This document shows, piece by piece, positions 35,529-35,869 of a stretch of 35,869 nt of DNA. The position numbers and the translations under genes are program-made. The notes under the pieces are model-generated. The model did not search any database. It saw only the letters and a list, made by a program, of their open reading frames with translations, and was not told the DNA's origin. Source of the DNA: a virus. How positions within the stretch are numbered: the stretch's first letter is position 1; the number at the start of each line of letters is the position of its first letter. Where the stretch lies: the IMG/VR virus record IMGVR_UViG_3300029678_000016; one strand, given 5' to 3'.

Positions 35529-35612
35529 AATTTGGTCCAAATTTATAAATTAGCTCAATTTGGTCCAAATTTATAAATTAGCTCAATTTGGTCCGAATTT
35601 ATAAATTCAGAC
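35529..35612. repeat. 28-bp tandem repeat x3 with nested palindromes
   Basis: Units lie at 35529-35556, 35557-35584 (identical to the first) and 35585-35612 (diverged). Each unit holds TTTGGTCCAAA (near-palindrome) and AATTTATAAATT (perfect palindrome). Confidence 0.9.
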
Positions 35613-35674
35613 CAAAAATCCTGCGAAAATTCGTGACAAAAGAAAACCTAACAGAAGTTGCTAAATGTTAAACG

Positions 35675-35726
35675 TAAGCTTACTCTAAGATTAGATAAGC
35701 TTAAAATAGCCCGAAAACAGGGCTTT
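35675..35726 (+). terminator. Tandem hairpins at the end of arm B (weak terminator)
   Basis: Two TAAGCTTA palindromes (35675-35682 and 35696-35703) can pair. They are followed by a 5-bp stem agccc/gggct (35707-35711 / 35719-35723) running into TTTT. Confidence 0.4.
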
Positions 35727-35770
35727 TGTAAAGTATATTGTATATCCGTAGTTTCATGTATGCCTGTAAC

Positions 35771-35869
35771 TCGCTGCAAATCAGTCTGATGCGAGAGCTG
35801 CATAGATGTGCATTGATAATATTTTTCGCATCTATGCAGGATAACCTACTGATTTATAGATACTTGCAT
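35771..35869. repeat. Hub repeat copy A, 5' part (continues at 1-111)
   Basis: 35771-35797 matches 20956-20982. 35798-35869 is identical to 1-72 and to 20983-21054. Confidence 0.95.

Noticed and set aside
316-35568. All minus-strand ORFs in the six-frame track, for example 1331..2014, 11763..12365, 15081..15710, 18031..18498 and 30072..30545
   Set aside because: Each lies entirely inside a longer + strand gene that has recognisable motifs or operon coupling. None has its own promoter-like site. Their translations are low-complexity and Ser/Arg/Cys-rich, as expected for antisense shadow frames.
35529-35612. Possible CRISPR-like array (28-bp repeats)
   Set aside because: The units are directly adjacent with no spacers, and there are only three of them. 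This is a tandem repeat, not a CRISPR array.
1-35869. Stop-codon reassignment, as seen in some gut Bacteroidota phages
   Set aside because: Long motif-bearing genes (terL, polymerase, primase, SNF2) read through uninterrupted in the standard code. Genes abut with normal TAA/TGA/TAG stops.
1-35869. Lysogeny module, diversity-generating retroelement, or toxin-antitoxin or defence-island genes
   Set aside because: I recognised no integrase/recombinase, repressor pair, reverse transcriptase with template/variable repeats, or known defence domains. Absence by eye is weak evidence and should be confirmed with HMM searches.

Overview
The window is a complete dsDNA tailed-phage genome. The first 72 bp are identical to the last 72 bp, so the unique length is 35,797 bp and the molecule is circular or terminally redundant. 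I call 43 protein genes, all on the + strand and packed tightly, many with ATGA or TAATG stop/start overlaps. I found no tRNA, rRNA, CRISPR array, integrase or reverse transcriptase.

The genome has two arms. Arm A (429-20907) carries packaging, virion and lysis genes:
- small and large terminase
- two large paralogous beta-helix proteins
- a tape-measure-like protein
- a scaffold/protease-like protein and the major capsid protein
- three tandem 175-aa paralogs
- portal, holin, amidase and a spanin-like protein

Arm B (21498-35513) carries early and replication genes:
- an HTH protein
- a Cas4-like PD-(D/E)XK nuclease
- an SSB-like protein
- a family A DNA polymerase
- a primase/SF3 helicase
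- a cluster of small ORFs
- a VRR-NUC nuclease and an SNF2 helicase
- a cassette of envelope-targeted proteins

Promoter-like sites fit the Bacteroidota TTTG / TAnnTTTG pattern and Shine-Dalgarno sequences are mostly absent. This suggests a Bacteroidales-type host, but that is inference.

The most unusual signals are non-coding:
- Two homologous intergenic hubs, one ahead of each arm. Each has a 138-bp near-identical repeat, an AT-rich spacer and about 10 copies of the 9-mer ATC[A/T]ATGCA in opposed orientation.
- Three near-identical copies of a roughly 75-bp promoter-plus-leader cassette in arm B.
- A 3 x 28 bp tandem repeat with nested palindromes after the last gene.

Because both contig ends lie inside the 138-bp repeat, the two arms cannot be shown from this sequence alone to sit on a single circle. 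All functional calls come from motif recognition by eye and gene position; no database search was run.
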